Part shown: piece by piece, positions 26,647 to 42,344 of the stretch | Numbering within the stretch: position 1 is the first letter of the stretch | Layout: each line of letters opens with the position of its first letter | Origin: Eledone cirrhosa | Lineage: Eukaryota | Direction: 5' to 3' | DNA: 64,000 nt | NCBI GenBank assembly: GCA_964016885.1 | Contig: OZ024742.1 | Span: forward strand, 191,828,001 to 191,892,000 | Position numbers and translations under genes: made by a program | Notes under the pieces: model-generated | Databases searched by the model: none | The model's input: only the letters and a program-made list of their open reading frames with translations | What the model was told of the DNA's origin: nothing

Positions 26647-29600
26647 GGTGGAGGAATTGGTGTTGGTAGTCGTGGTGGAGGAATTGGTGGTGGTCGTCGT
26701 GGTGGAGGAGTTGGTGGTGGTCGTCCTGGTAGAGGAGTTGGTGGTGGTAGTCATGGTGGAAGTATTGGTGGTGGTAGTCGTGGTGGAGGAATTGGTGGTG
26801 GTCGTCGTTGTGGAGGAATTGGTGGTGGTAGTCGTGGTGGAGGAATTTGTGGTGGTCGTCGTGGTGGAGGAATTGGTGGTGGTAGTCGTGGTGGAGGAAT
26901 TGGTGGTGGTCGTCGTTGTGGAGGAATTTGTGGTGGTCGTCGTGGTGGAGGAATTGGTGGTGGTAGTCGTGTTGGAGGAATTGGTGGTGGTAGTCGTGGT
27001 GGAGGACTTGGTGGTGGTAGTCGTGGTGGAGGAATTGGTGGTGGTAGTCGTTGTGGAGGAATTGGTGGTGGTAGTCGTGGTGGAAGTATTAGTGGTGGTC
27101 GTCGTGGTGGAGGAATTTGTGGTGGTCGTCGTGGTGGAGGAGTTGGTGGTGGTCGTCCTGGTAGAGGAGTTGGTGGTGGTAGTCATGGTGGAAGTATTGG
27201 TGGTAGTAGTCGTGGTGGAGGAATTGGTGGTGGTCGTCGTTGTGGAGGAATTGGTGGTGGTAGTCGTGGTGGAGGATTTTGTGGTGGTCGTCGTGGTGGA
27301 GGAATTGGTGGTGGTAGTCGTGGTGGAGGAATTGGTGGTGGTAGTCATGGTGGAGGAATTGGTGGTGGTCGTCGTTGTGGAGGAATTTGTGGTGGTCGTC
27401 GTGGTGGAGGAATTGGTGGTGGTAGTCGTGTTGGAGGAATTGGTGGTGGTAGTCGTGGTGGAGGATTTGGTGGTGGTAGTCGTGGTGGAGGAATTGGTGG
27501 TGGTAGTCGTTGTGGAAGTATTAGTGGTGGTCGTCGTGGTGGAGGAATTGGTGGTGGTAGTCGTGGTGGAGGAATTGGTGGTGCTCGTCGTTGTGGAGGA
27601 ATTGGTGGTGGTAGTCGTGGTGGAGGAATTTGTGGTGGTCGTCGTGGTGGAGGAATTGGTGGTGGTAGTCGTGTTGGAGGAATTGGTGGTGGTAGTCGTG
27701 GTGGAGGATTTGGTGGTGGTAGTCGTGGTGGAGGAATTGGTGGTGCTCGTCGTTGTGGAGGAATTGGTGGTGGTAGTCGTGGTGGAGGAATTTGTGGTGG
27801 TCGTCGTGGTGGAGGACTTGGTGGTGGTAGTCGTGGTGGAGGAATTGGTGGTGGTAGTCGTTGTGGAGGAATTGGTGGTGGTAGTCGTGGTGGAGGAGTT
27901 GGTGGTGGTAGTCGTGGTGGAGGAATTGGTGGTGTTAGTCGTGGTGGAGGAGTTGGTGGTGGTAGTCGTGTTGGAGGAATTGGTGGTGGTAGTCGTGGTG
28001 GAGGAGTTGGTGGTGGTAGTCGTGGTGGAGGAATTGGTGGTGGTAGTCGTGGTGGAGGAGTTGGTGGTGGTAGTCGTTGTGGAGGAATTGGTGGTGGTAG
28101 TCGTGGTGGAGGAATTGGTGGTGGTCGTCGGGGTGGAGGAGTTGGTGGTGGTAGTCATGGTGGAGGAATTGGTGGTGGTCGTCGTGGTGGAGGAATTGGT
28201 GGTGGTCGTCGGGGTGGAGGAGTTGGTGGTGGTAGTCATGGTGGAAGTATTGGTGGTGGTAGTCGTGGTGGAGGAATTGGTGGTGCTCGTCGTGGTGGAG
28301 GAATTGGTGGTGGTCGTCGCGGTGGAGGAATTGGTGGTGGTAGTCGTGGTGGAGGAATTGGTGGTGGTAGTCGTGGTGGAGGAATTGGTGGTGGTAGTCG
28401 TGTTGGAGGAATTGGTGGTGGTAGTCGTGGTGGAGGATTTGGTGGTGGTAGTCGTGGTGGAGGAATTGGTGGTGGTAGTCGTTGTGGAAGTATTAGTGGT
28501 GGTCGTCGTGGTGGAGGAATTGGTGGTGGTAGTCGTGGTGGAGGAATTGGTGGTGCTCGTCGTTGTGGAGGAATTGGTGGTGGTAGTCGTGGTGGAGGAA
28601 TTTGTGGTGGTCGTCGTGGTGGAGGAATTGGTGGTGGTAGTCGTGTTGGAGGAATTGGTGGTGGTAGTCGTGGTGGAGGATTTGGTGGTGGTAGTCGTGG
28701 TGGAGGAATTGGTGGTGCTCGTCGTTGTGGAGGAATTGGTGGTGGTAGTCGTGGTGGAGGAATTTGTGGTGGTCGTCGTGGTGGAGGAATTGGTGGTGGT
28801 AGTCGTGGTGGAGGAATTGGTGGTGGTAGTCGTGTTGGAGGAATTGGTGGTGGTAGTCGTGGTGGAGGAGTTGGTGGTGGTAGTCGTGTTGGAGGAATTG
28901 GTGGTGGTAGTCGTGGTGGAGGAGTTGGTGGTGGTAGTCGTGGTGGAGGAATTGGTGGTGTTAGTCGTGGTGGAGGAGTTGGTGGTGGTAGTCGTGTTGG
29001 AGGAATTGGTGGTGGTAGTCGTGGTGGAGGAGTTGGTGGTGGTAGTCGTGGTGGAGGAATTGGTGGTGGTAGTCGTGGTGGAGGAGTTGGTGGTGGTAGT
29101 CGTTGTGGAGGAATTGGTGGTGGTAGTCGTGGTGGAGGAATTGGTGGTGGTCGTCGGGGTGGAGGAGTTGGTGGTGGTAGTCATGGTGGAGGAATTGGTG
29201 GTGGTCGTCGTGGTGGAGGAATTGGTGGTGGTCGTCGGGGTGGAGGAGTTGGTGGTGGTAGTCATGGTGGAAGTATTGGTGGTGGTAGTCGTGGTGGAGG
29301 AATTGGTGGTGGTCGTCGTGGTGGAGGAATTGGTGGTGGTCGTCGCGGTGGAGGAATTGGTGGTGGTAGTCGTGGTGGAGGAATTGGTGGTGGTAGTCGT
29401 GGTGGAGGAATTGGTGGTGGTAGTCGTGGTGGAGGAATTGGTGGTGGTCGTCGTGGTGGAGGAGGAGTTGGTGGTGGTAGTCGTGGTGGAGGAGTTGGTG
29501 GTGGTCGTCGTGGTGGTGGAATTGGTGGTGGTCGTCGTGGTGGAGGAATTGGTGGTGGTCGTCGTGGTGGAGGAATTGGTGGTGGTCGTCGTGGTGGAGG

Positions 29601-29946
29601 AGTTGGTGGTGGTCGTCGTGGTGGAGGAATTGGTGGTGGTAGTCGTGGTGGAGGAATTGGTGGTGGTCGTCGTGGTGGAGGAGTTGGTGGTGGTAGTCGT
29701 GGTGGAGGAATTGGTGGTGCTCGTCGTTGTGGAGGAGTTGGTGGTGGTAGTCGTGGTGGAGGAATTGGTGGTGGTCGTCGTGGTGGAGGAATTGGTGGTG
29801 GTCGTCGTGGTGGAGGAGTTGGTGTTGCCGTTAGTTATGATTTTGAAATTATTGTTATTGCCGTTGGCGAAGGTGGTGGTGAAGTTGTGGTGGTAATAGT
29901 CGTAATGTTGATTTTTTGTTGATTTATTATTTGTAGATGTTTGCAA
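26566..29946 (-). CDS. Possible mucin-like Thr/Ser-rich repeat exon (NSSTTTTTT)n; may be non-coding
   Basis: 1126-codon open frame; the commonest unit variants are synonymous in this frame. No signal peptide or linked exons seen, and the annotated start is TTG. Confidence 0.3.
26650..29825. repeat. 27-bp minisatellite, ~117 units, consensus GGAGGAATTGGTGGTGGTAGTCGTGGT
   Basis: Direct reading. Higher-order duplication: the rare CGC variant occurs at 28318 and 29344, 1026 bp (38 units) apart. Confidence 0.97.
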
Positions 29947-30454
29947 AATTTAGGAGGCGGTTATAAGAAGATCAAATTTTAATTTGATAGTTTCTTCTAG
30001 TCTGAACCCTATTTTAAGAACTATATATCAGTTACGGTCATTAAGCAGAATAGTGTGTCCTTTAATGAAGTTACAGAAATGTAGACAACAAGTATAGGGC
30101 ACAGAGAAGGTATGTAGAGTGGTACAGAGAACGTTAAACGCCTTCTGATACTGTTGTTTTTTGTATTCATTATAATCATTATTTTAGCTGGCGTCGAACG
30201 TTATAAATAAGTGAAGATTTATATCTAAAAAGATTGCCACCTCCCTTGTAAAGCAAAATCATCTTTCACACATTTATATCTGTATGTGTATGCGTGTGTA
30301 TGTATATATGTCTATGTATATGTATGTGTGCATATAGATTGTTATGTATGTATAAATATGTGTGTGTATATATGAGCGTGTATATATATATATATACATG
30401 CTCACACACACATATATTTATACATATATATAAATCTATATACACACACACACA

Positions 30455-30539
<85 letters not shown>

Positions 30540-30586
30540 AATCAAATAAAAACAAAGAACAAGTTCCTTATATTAAAAAAATCATC

Positions 30587-30711
30587 ATTTTACGATCGTT
30601 TCTATGATGTATATGTGTTTTGGCATGTATATCATATAGATCTATGTAAACATATTACAAATTATGAGACGAAATATACATACTTTCACATATATATCTG
30701 TCTTCAGAAAT
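30587..30711 (-). ncRNA. Type I HHR with long stem II domain (same family as 9558-9700)
   Basis: attt CTGAAGA ca GATATATATG...CATATACATC ata GAAA cgatcg TA aaat. Confidence 0.65.
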
Positions 30712-30787
30712 ATATATATATATCAGAAAGGGTGTGGTAAAATACCAAGTAGACTATAACACACCAGGGTACTCGATACTTGGGGTA

Positions 30788-30852
30788 GCTGAGCTCCGGC
30801 CGTTTCGACAGCTAGATCCGGATCTAGTCGTCGAAACGGTCGGAACTCAGCC
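30788..30852. repeat. ~65-bp GC-rich near-perfect palindrome
   Basis: GCTGAGCTCCGGCCGTTTCGACAGCTAGATC|CGGATCTAGTCGTCGAAACGGTCGGAACTCAGC. Confidence 0.85.
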
Positions 30853-30875
30853 TTCAGGGTCCTGAATCTGTTCAT

Positions 30876-34128
<3,253 letters not shown>

Positions 34129-34132
34129 TTTT

Positions 34133-34175
<43 letters not shown>

Positions 34176-34184
34176 ATATTATAT

Positions 34185-34212
<28 letters not shown>

Positions 34213-34232
<20 letters not shown>

Positions 34233-34418
34233 AATAATTGTTTCTACTTTTGGCACAAGGCCAGCAATTACCCTAGTACATTACTGGTACTTTATTTTAT
34301 CGACCCCGTAATGATGAAAGGCAAAGTTAACCTCGGCGGGATTTGAACTCAGATCATAAAGGGATGTAACTATGCTGGAAAGCATGTCTGACCCTCTACC
34401 GATACTGCCAATTCACCA
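34213..34418 (-). mobile_element. SINE family 1
   Basis: Full-length match to consensus. Confidence 0.88.
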
Positions 34419-35092
34419 TATAGTGTATATAAATGTGTGTCCGTATATATATATATACATATATATGTGTGTGTGCCTATATTTTTTTTATCTTAGTTAC
34501 TATTTATAAAGGGTGCTGCTGATGATACCGCTGCCATAGTGCTTACTATTGTTGGTGTTATACATGTTGCAGATACTGGTGTTGTTGATGCTGATGTCAT
34601 TGTGCTTATATCAGAGCACACTTGTGTTTTGAACAAATACAAGTTCAGTTGAATACTGTTGCCACACATGTGATATCTAAAATGTTTACCCTCAAATATG
34701 CTGACCGTTTAAGATGTCAATTTAGGTCGGAAATCATGTCATGCGTTCCCAGATTTACCTCGATCAAGAACTGCAGCAAACTTCTGATCATCACTCCAGA
34801 ATTCACCTCTTTTTACACATTTTGATCACTAACCAGCCCAAGTAAGCGTAATAAAGATCATTTCTGCCTATGACTTGACAGAGCAATGCTGTTGTTGTTG
34901 GAGTTGTTTGTAGTAACGATGGTGGTGTACCGAATGAAGAGGGAAACTGCTTGTATATGTTAGCCTTCCTTGATGACAGCGACATTATTGTGATTGCTGT
35001 TGATCTGTCGTAGAATTTACACTAATAGTTTCAGTAATCTTTCCGAAAGAGTTGCTGAATTTGTTGTCTGTCTTCTTGTGAATGCTATTCTG

Positions 35093-35093
35093 G

Positions 35094-35176
<83 letters not shown>
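35093..35176. repeat. (GTT)n microsatellite
   Basis: Direct reading. Confidence 0.95.
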
Positions 35177-35179
<3 letters not shown>

Positions 35180-35314
35180 ATCGTTGATGTTATTGTGGAT
35201 TTTGTCGGTATTTCTGTAGCTGTTGCTGTTGCAAGTGGTGTTGCTACTGCTGTTGATGTTGATTTTAAATTTTGTATGTTATGTTTAGAGACCCCAGTAC
35301 CTGAAAGTTACTTT

Positions 35315-35912
35315 ATTTAATCAACCTTGAAATGATGAAGGGCAAATCTGAACCCAGCGACATTCGAATTCAGAATGTAAAGTACCTGAACATATAAAAC
35401 CACAAAATATTTTGTCAGATCACCTTGCGTTTTATCATTCCACCACATTTATCTTCACTGTTAATGGTTTCGGATTTGTAACAACGCCAACAATTCGTGG
35501 TGGTGGGGTTGGAGAAAGTTGATTAAATCGAACCCAGTGCGTTACTGGTACTTTATTTTATGGACCCCATAATGATGAAAGGTAAACTAACCCCGGCTAT
35601 ATTTGAACTCAGAATGTAAAGAGCCGTAACTATATGCCGCAAATCATGTTGTCCGACGCTCCACCGATACTACTAATCCCTTGCCTTTTTAACTTCACTG
35701 ATAATGATTTCTTATATAGGTACAAGGTCGGCAATTTGGGGGGAGGGGAAATTCGATTAAAGTGCTTGACTGGTACTTTATTTTATCGACTCCGTAAGGA
35801 TGAAAGGCTAAGTTAATTTCGGCGGGATTTGAACTCAGATCATAAAGGACCGTAACTGTATACTGCAAAGCATGGTGTCTGACTCTCTACTGATACTACC
35901 ACTCCACCGCCT
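35315..35912 (-). mobile_element. Three adjacent SINE family 1-related copies
   Basis: Copies at ~35315-35450 (degenerate), 35465-35670 and 35705-35912. The last is flanked by the direct repeat TTTTTAACTTCACTGATAATG. Confidence 0.8.
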
Positions 35913-36199
35913 TTTTAACTTCACTGATAATGCTATTGGATTGCATATTTATAGAACAGCAGTTAATAACAACGTTTATTGGCACAAATATATTAGATAA
36001 TGAATATCAATACAATATATGTTTTACTCCAGTATAATCTTGATTATTGCCCCTGTGTATTCTAGATCTTTGCTTCATTTTAATCGAGATTTGTCCTGCC
36101 ATACAATATATAATCTTTAGAAATAAGGAAAAAAACAAAGTTATTGTTAGCACTGTTTGAAATCAAAACACCGAGAGAATATTTCACAAATATAGAACT

Positions 36200-36200
36200 A

Positions 36201-36245
<45 letters not shown>

Positions 36246-36390
36246 CAGCAGCAGCAGCAGTAGTAGTAGTATCAACATCATCATCAGTAGTAGTAGTAGT
36301 AGTAGTAGCAGGAGCAGCAGCAGCAGTAGTAGTATTATTATTATTATTATTATTAGTAGTAGTAGTAGTAGTAGTAGTAGTGTAGTAGTA
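36200..36390. repeat. Compound (TAG)n/(CAG)n/(TAT)n microsatellite
   Basis: Direct reading. Confidence 0.95.
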
Positions 36391-36801
36391 AAGAAGAAGG
36401 AAAAAATGTCTACGACTGCGAGAAGAAAAACTAACAGGACATTTAGTAGAAAATTAAAAGCCAACATTTCGAGCAGCAGTAATATAACAGAAACAGAAAG
36501 ATAGAAACAAAGAAAGATAGATAGACCGAAAGAAATCATTGTTTCTTTTTAAATTGTAAGTTAATTTGATATGTCACATTGTGGCGCCACCGACGTTTAA
36601 GCTAAGAGCCATGGTATGTTTAGAGATGGGTGATAAAAAAACTGAGTCATCGCTTAAAGTAAAAAGGAGCTAACATAGAAAATAATCGACTAAGTCTAAT
36701 ACAGTCTGTAGTAAATCTTGAAGAAATGATATTTGTGAAGTTTTATTGCGGATTGTAATTTACCTTATATGGATATGGCTTGCCGGTTGATATAACGAGA
36801 G

Positions 36802-36995
36802 TTAAGCACGGTGGATTGGCAGTATCGGTAGAAGGTCGGACGCCATGCTTTGCAGCAAAGAGTTACGGACCTTTATGGTCTAAGTTCAAATCCCACCGAG
36901 GTTAACTTTGCCTTTCATCCTTACGGGGTCGATTAAATAAAGTACCAGTAATACACTGGGATAATTGCTGGCTTTGTGTCAAAAGTAGAAACAAT
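36802..36995 (+). mobile_element. SINE family 1 with TSD
   Basis: TATAACGAGAG direct repeat at 36791 and 36996. Confidence 0.88.
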
Positions 36996-37347
36996 TATAA
37001 CGAGAGAAAGTGTAGGAATGATATAGGGATGGTAGGGGTGATACAAGGAGGATGGCGAAAGATTAGAGGACATCGCTATTTCTCCAAATTTAAGATCCCA
37101 GAGATTAAACAATACTATTTAGACACACAAGTAAATATTGACATTCCCAATGGAGACATAACAACCCAGGAAATCTATTCTGCAACGTGGCGGTGATGAT
37201 GATTATCGGAGTCCCGGCTAAATTGACCAGCATGTTGTTAATTAGGTTTCTCGCCCGCACAAGTGTGATGATGAGGATAACGACGACATACACGACTATG
37301 AAGATAATTATAAGCGTAATGGTAGCACATTATTCTTGAATTGGCAG

Positions 37348-37720
37348 GCGAGGCGGTGATTGGCAGTATCGGTAGAAAGTCGGACGCCATGCTTTGTAGC
37401 AAAGAGTTACGGACCTTTATAGTCTTTGTTCAAATCCCGCCGAAGTTAACTTTGCCTTTCATCATTACGGGGTCGATAACATAAAGTACCATTAATACAC
37501 TGGTTAATTGCTGTCCTTGTGCCAAAAGAAGAAACAATTATACTTGGATTTGCAGTATCAGAAGAGTGTCAGACACCATGCTTAGAGTTATGGCCCTTTA
37601 CGTTATGAGTTCAAATCCCACCGAGGTTAACTTTGCCTTTCATCCTTACGGGGTTGATAATATAAAGCACCAGTAATGCACTGTGGTAATTGCTGGCCTT
37701 GTGCCAAAAGTAGAAATAAT
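37348..37720 (+). mobile_element. Head-to-tail dimer of SINE family 1
   Basis: Copies at 37348-37540 and 37545-37720. Confidence 0.85.
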
Positions 37721-38027
37721 TACACTTATTCCAGCTCCTGCATATGAAAACGCCGGAGGTTCCACGATTCTGTCTATAAAGAATTATTAAAATTATATTG
37801 GAGACAAAATCAACATTATAGTGGAGGCAATATCTAGGTTATACTGGATATCTAGATTACAATCGGCGTTAAATCATAATTATACTCGTAGTAATAACTA
37901 CGTTTTGTTGGAGTAAAATCAGAATTATGGTGGAGGTAAGATCGAGATCATACTAGAGCTAAACTTATCATCGTATTAGGAACAATGTCTAGATTTTACT
38001 GGAGGTTAAATCTAAATAATGATTTCT

Positions 38028-38225
38028 ACTATAGCCACAAGGCCATCAATTTGGGGGGATGGAAAAGTTGATTAAGTCAACCTTAATGTATCACGGATAC
38101 ATTATTTTATCGACCCCGTAAGGATGAAAGACAAAGCTAACCTCGGTGGGATATGGACACGGAACGTAAAGGGCCTTAACATCATGCCGTGAAGCAGGGT
38201 GTCCGACGCTCTACCGATACTTCCA
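38028..38225 (-). mobile_element. SINE family 1, diverged
   Basis: Match to consensus on the minus strand. Confidence 0.75.
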
Positions 38226-38658
38226 AAATAATGCTGATAGTAAGATCTAGGTTTTACTGAAGTATTATCAAGATTATATAAAGTCTGTGTCTAAGTTAGA
38301 AGCTCATCAAGCTGATGTTTGTTCCTGTTTCATGTGTTGTTTGGAAACGAGGAAATTCCTGTTCCATATAACATGAATTTCAAAAATTATATTGTTTGAA
38401 AATAATTTTCATTACATTTTAGTTAATCATGTCAGAACATTAAGATGAATGTGTGTTTGAAAGTATATAGTAAAGAAGGATAACAGAACGAACAAACCAA
38501 CGGGAGATTGTCACAAACATTACTGTTTTTCCGATTTGTCACTCATTTTTCTTTGCAATTGTCATTTATTCTGCTCCCCTTATTTTAAGACTCCGCCCTC
38601 AGCTATCCCATCATCCCACGATACGTATTGATTATTATTTTATTCTCTGGCTACTGAT

Positions 38659-38769
<111 letters not shown>

Positions 38770-39221
38770 GTGTGTGTGTGCGTGTGCGTGTGTGTGTGTG
38801 TGTATAAGTGTATAATCAGGATAGAGCAAGTTTAAAACTAGTTAGACCGAGTTACCTAACAGAGAACGCCATACGGCTAAGCCCTTGCCGTCTCAATAGC
38901 TACTTCCTCGCGCTCACACATAAACACACACAAACACACACACACACACACACAAAGAATGTGTATAAAATATACGAGGTTGGGCTATAAAATATACACA
39001 TTTCTGATGTTTAGTCATGTAAGCATGCCACAGTGATACATGGCAGTGCGAGTTTAATTCGTTCATTGACCAAGCTCGTTTCGTTTTACGATTTACTCGT
39101 TTTACAAATAAATATTCTACATTGAAATTAATTGAAATATAAATAATCCGTTCCAGTCCCCCCAAACAAACCTCAAATAATTTTTGATGGGTTTTCTTCC
39201 ACTAATTATTATAAAGGAACG

Positions 39222-39430
39222 ATCGATTTCGTCAAATCGGACCGAGGGAACAATGTTTCCGTTGGTCTTTCCAATTGCTAATACTATCTATCGGTCGCAA
39301 CTCCAGGTAGAAGGAGCAACGTGAAATAAAGTGTCTTGCTCAAGGACATAACGCATCGCCTGGTCCAGGAATCGAACTCACAACCTTACGATTGCGAATC
39401 CAATTCTCTAACCACTCAGCCACACGCCTT
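39222..39430 (-). mobile_element. tRNA-derived SINE family 2
   Basis: Head GGCGTGTGGCTGAGTGG (box A), GAGTTCGATTCC (box B), then GTCCTTGAGCAAGACACTT. Second copy at 50790-51005. Confidence 0.85.
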
Positions 39431-39917
39431 CACTATTATTATAAAATAATAGCATAAAACACACAAAACTAAAAAATACAAAACACACTGGGAAAACACA
39501 ATAGGGATGCTGCCACAACGAGATGAACATGTGAAGTGAACGAGCACAGGGTGCACTTGTTGAGAGAGCATGAGCTCAGCACCGATTAGAGGTCGCTTGC
39601 ATAAAACTCGCTCGTTCAATGGATTTCCACTCGTAGTACAGGACAATAATTCGCGCGAGTTTCAGATTGTACTACACATTACTCCTACAATGGTGCACTC
39701 ATACTGCGAAGTTCTACTGTATATTGAAAATAATAAGACACTTAAGCGATTTATGGACCTAGTTGTGTTATTGATGGGCAGATTTTTAATATATGCATAT
39801 ATATATATATGGATATATATATATATATATATATACAATACATAAACAGAGAATGCCCTAAGCAATACTCCGACCAACTCCATCTCACTCAACAAACATT
39901 AGGATATACTTAAGTAT

Positions 39918-39959
<42 letters not shown>

Positions 39960-40300
39960 TTACAATAATCAAAGTTCAGTTTAAGTCACTTATTTGCTTA
40001 CAATTGTTTCCTCCAAACCGAGGTTTGGATTCTTCGGAGCAACTATTTACTGATCTATAATATACTTGACCTCCTTTTCAACCCAAGAGACACATAAAAC
40101 ATATGCGCATATTGATCAACAGTAGGGTGACATTCATCAAATGATATAGCATGGCAACTGATGTTATTACATTGAGCTATTTATCTTACTGGTAATAGGA
40201 TAGTAATTAATGACTATCTTTCACTATTTAGGGTTTGTATATATAATATATTACCATTAAAGGTTTTATTACATACATAACCATAAATAGTACCCTTAAT

Positions 40301-40334
<34 letters not shown>

Positions 40335-40414
40335 GCGAAGGAAAAGTGGTAAGGAACCAGGTGGACCATAACGCACCAAAGTACTCAATACTTAGGGTAG
40401 TAGAGTGGGTAATA

Positions 40415-40489
<75 letters not shown>

Positions 40490-40492
<3 letters not shown>

Positions 40493-41117
40493 TGGTTGTT
40501 CTATGGTATTAATTTGGCATAGGTGAAACCGTCGGTAAAAGCAAATGGAATAAGTAAATATTATAAAATATATTTTTTTATTTATTTAAAAAAAATTGTT
40601 TGAATCTTGCTTGCTCCGCTTATTTCAATTTTATATTTCAGGTATGTCAAATCAATACCATAGAACAACCACTGTATCATAGACACCCTATATATTTCCA
40701 TGGGTACTTAGTACCTGTGGGGATATTAACCTCTTTTAATGTTCTCCGTTATGTAGAGGAGAAATCTATTGTTTTATTTAGCTGCTATTTTTAGTGGCGT
40801 ATTAGACAACACGTCTATGTTTACTTCCGCTTCTACTAAGGGTTAGTTCATGCATAGGACAAGTTTACGGCCCCTTTCGATCCTTTGCTAGCTGGCAGAT
40901 GTCAATATATTTTCCCGTTCCCGGGACTTTTGTCATAGGTAAGGAAAATGGTCTCTGATGAACCAAACATTTCAATTGGATATCCCTATGGATCTCCAAT
41001 CTTGTGTGAGGTGAAACCGTCGGTAAAAGCAAATGGATTAGGTAAATATTTAAATTATATTTTTTAATTTATTTTAAAAAATTGTTTGAATCTTGCTTGA
41101 TCCGCTTATTTCAATTT

Positions 41118-41118
<1 letters not shown>
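40490..41118 (+). mobile_element. Non-coding HHR-bearing unit, 488-bp period (1.2-mer), with short 5' inversion, in (TA)n
   Basis: 40521-40635 is repeated at 41009-41118; 40490-40521 is the inverse of ~40643-40675. Confidence 0.75.
40951..41030 (+). ncRNA. Type I HHR with extended stem II
   Basis: gtct CTGATGA ACC..ATTGGATATCC ctat GGATCTCCAAT..GGT GAAA CCG t CGG TA aaagc. Stem I is imperfect. Confidence 0.65.
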
Positions 41119-41195
<77 letters not shown>

Positions 41196-41331
41196 CATAT
41201 ATATATATATGTATATATATACATATATATGTATGTACATATATATATGTATATATATACATATATATATGTATATATATGTATATATATATATATGTGT
41301 GTGTATATATATATATGTATATGTATATATG

Positions 41332-41390
<59 letters not shown>

Positions 41391-41453
41391 TTATATATAT
41401 ATAATATATATATATATGCATATATTAAAAAGTGTGCCCATCAATAACACAAC

Positions 41454-41504
<51 letters not shown>

Positions 41505-41513
41505 GTATATCTA

Positions 41514-41642
<129 letters not shown>

Positions 41643-41691
41643 TATAAAATAACAGGAGGCTTGACTGGTGTAAATCCTTAAAAGGTTTATT

Positions 41692-41750
41692 ATGCTATGA
41701 TCATTTCAGTGACCGGGTTCAGTATGAATCCGGTGACATCATCAGGTATT
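41692..41750 (-). ncRNA. Type I HHR followed by AATAAA
   Basis: atac CTGATGA t GTcACCGG attcatactgaac CCGGTcAC t GAAA tgatca TA gcat aataaa. Confidence 0.65.
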
Positions 41751-42079
41751 CGAAATTTAACAAACGAATATAATAGACAAAATTCATGGGACTGAAAAGC
41801 AGAGACAGGAGGGCGGCCGAACATTTAGCACCTTCTAGCCCGGTCAGCCGCCCTCAAGTGATGATTATTAAGTCTTTTTATATCCTTCTGGTAAAGGCAC
41901 GTAAGCTTATCGTGTGCTACTACCAGCCTGTCACAGACAGAGGCCAGCGGTGAGATCAGGTTACATTCAAGCTGGTCAGAAGTGGGAGAAGGTGCAACGA
42001 AATATATTTCCTAAAAAAAAAACATATATATATGACCAGTTCTATCCAGTGGTGAACTAACAAACCTAAATATATGTAT

Positions 42080-42147
<68 letters not shown>

Positions 42148-42344
42148 ACATGTGTGAGATTCTGGGCATAATTAGGTATATTTTAAAAAAAGGAAAAGAA
42201 TGACTTCACTTTTAATGTTAAAAATGTTTATGATTTAATGTTATAATATAATATTATAATATTATGAGTTGATAGATCCAGTAAGTTCTTTGTTAACTTC
42301 GGTGGGAAGAATTTTAGAGATTCCTGGTTATATATATATATATA

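Noticed and set aside
26650-29825. CRISPR-like array
   Set aside because: Contiguous tandem units with no unique spacers, in eukaryotic context.
26305-29922. 1205-aa Gly-rich ORF as a confident structural-protein gene
   Set aside because: It is built from NNT/GGA codons that cannot easily yield stops, most variants are non-synonymous in this frame, and there is no signal peptide. Kept only as an alternative.
39330-39430. tRNA gene
   Set aside because: It is the tRNA-derived head of a SINE, with no complete cloverleaf and a SINE body attached.
40490-40677. TA-flanked MITE with ~31-bp TIRs
   Set aside because: The interior is part of the adjacent 488-bp tandem unit, so a PLE-style short 5' inversion explains it better. 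A MITE is not fully excluded.
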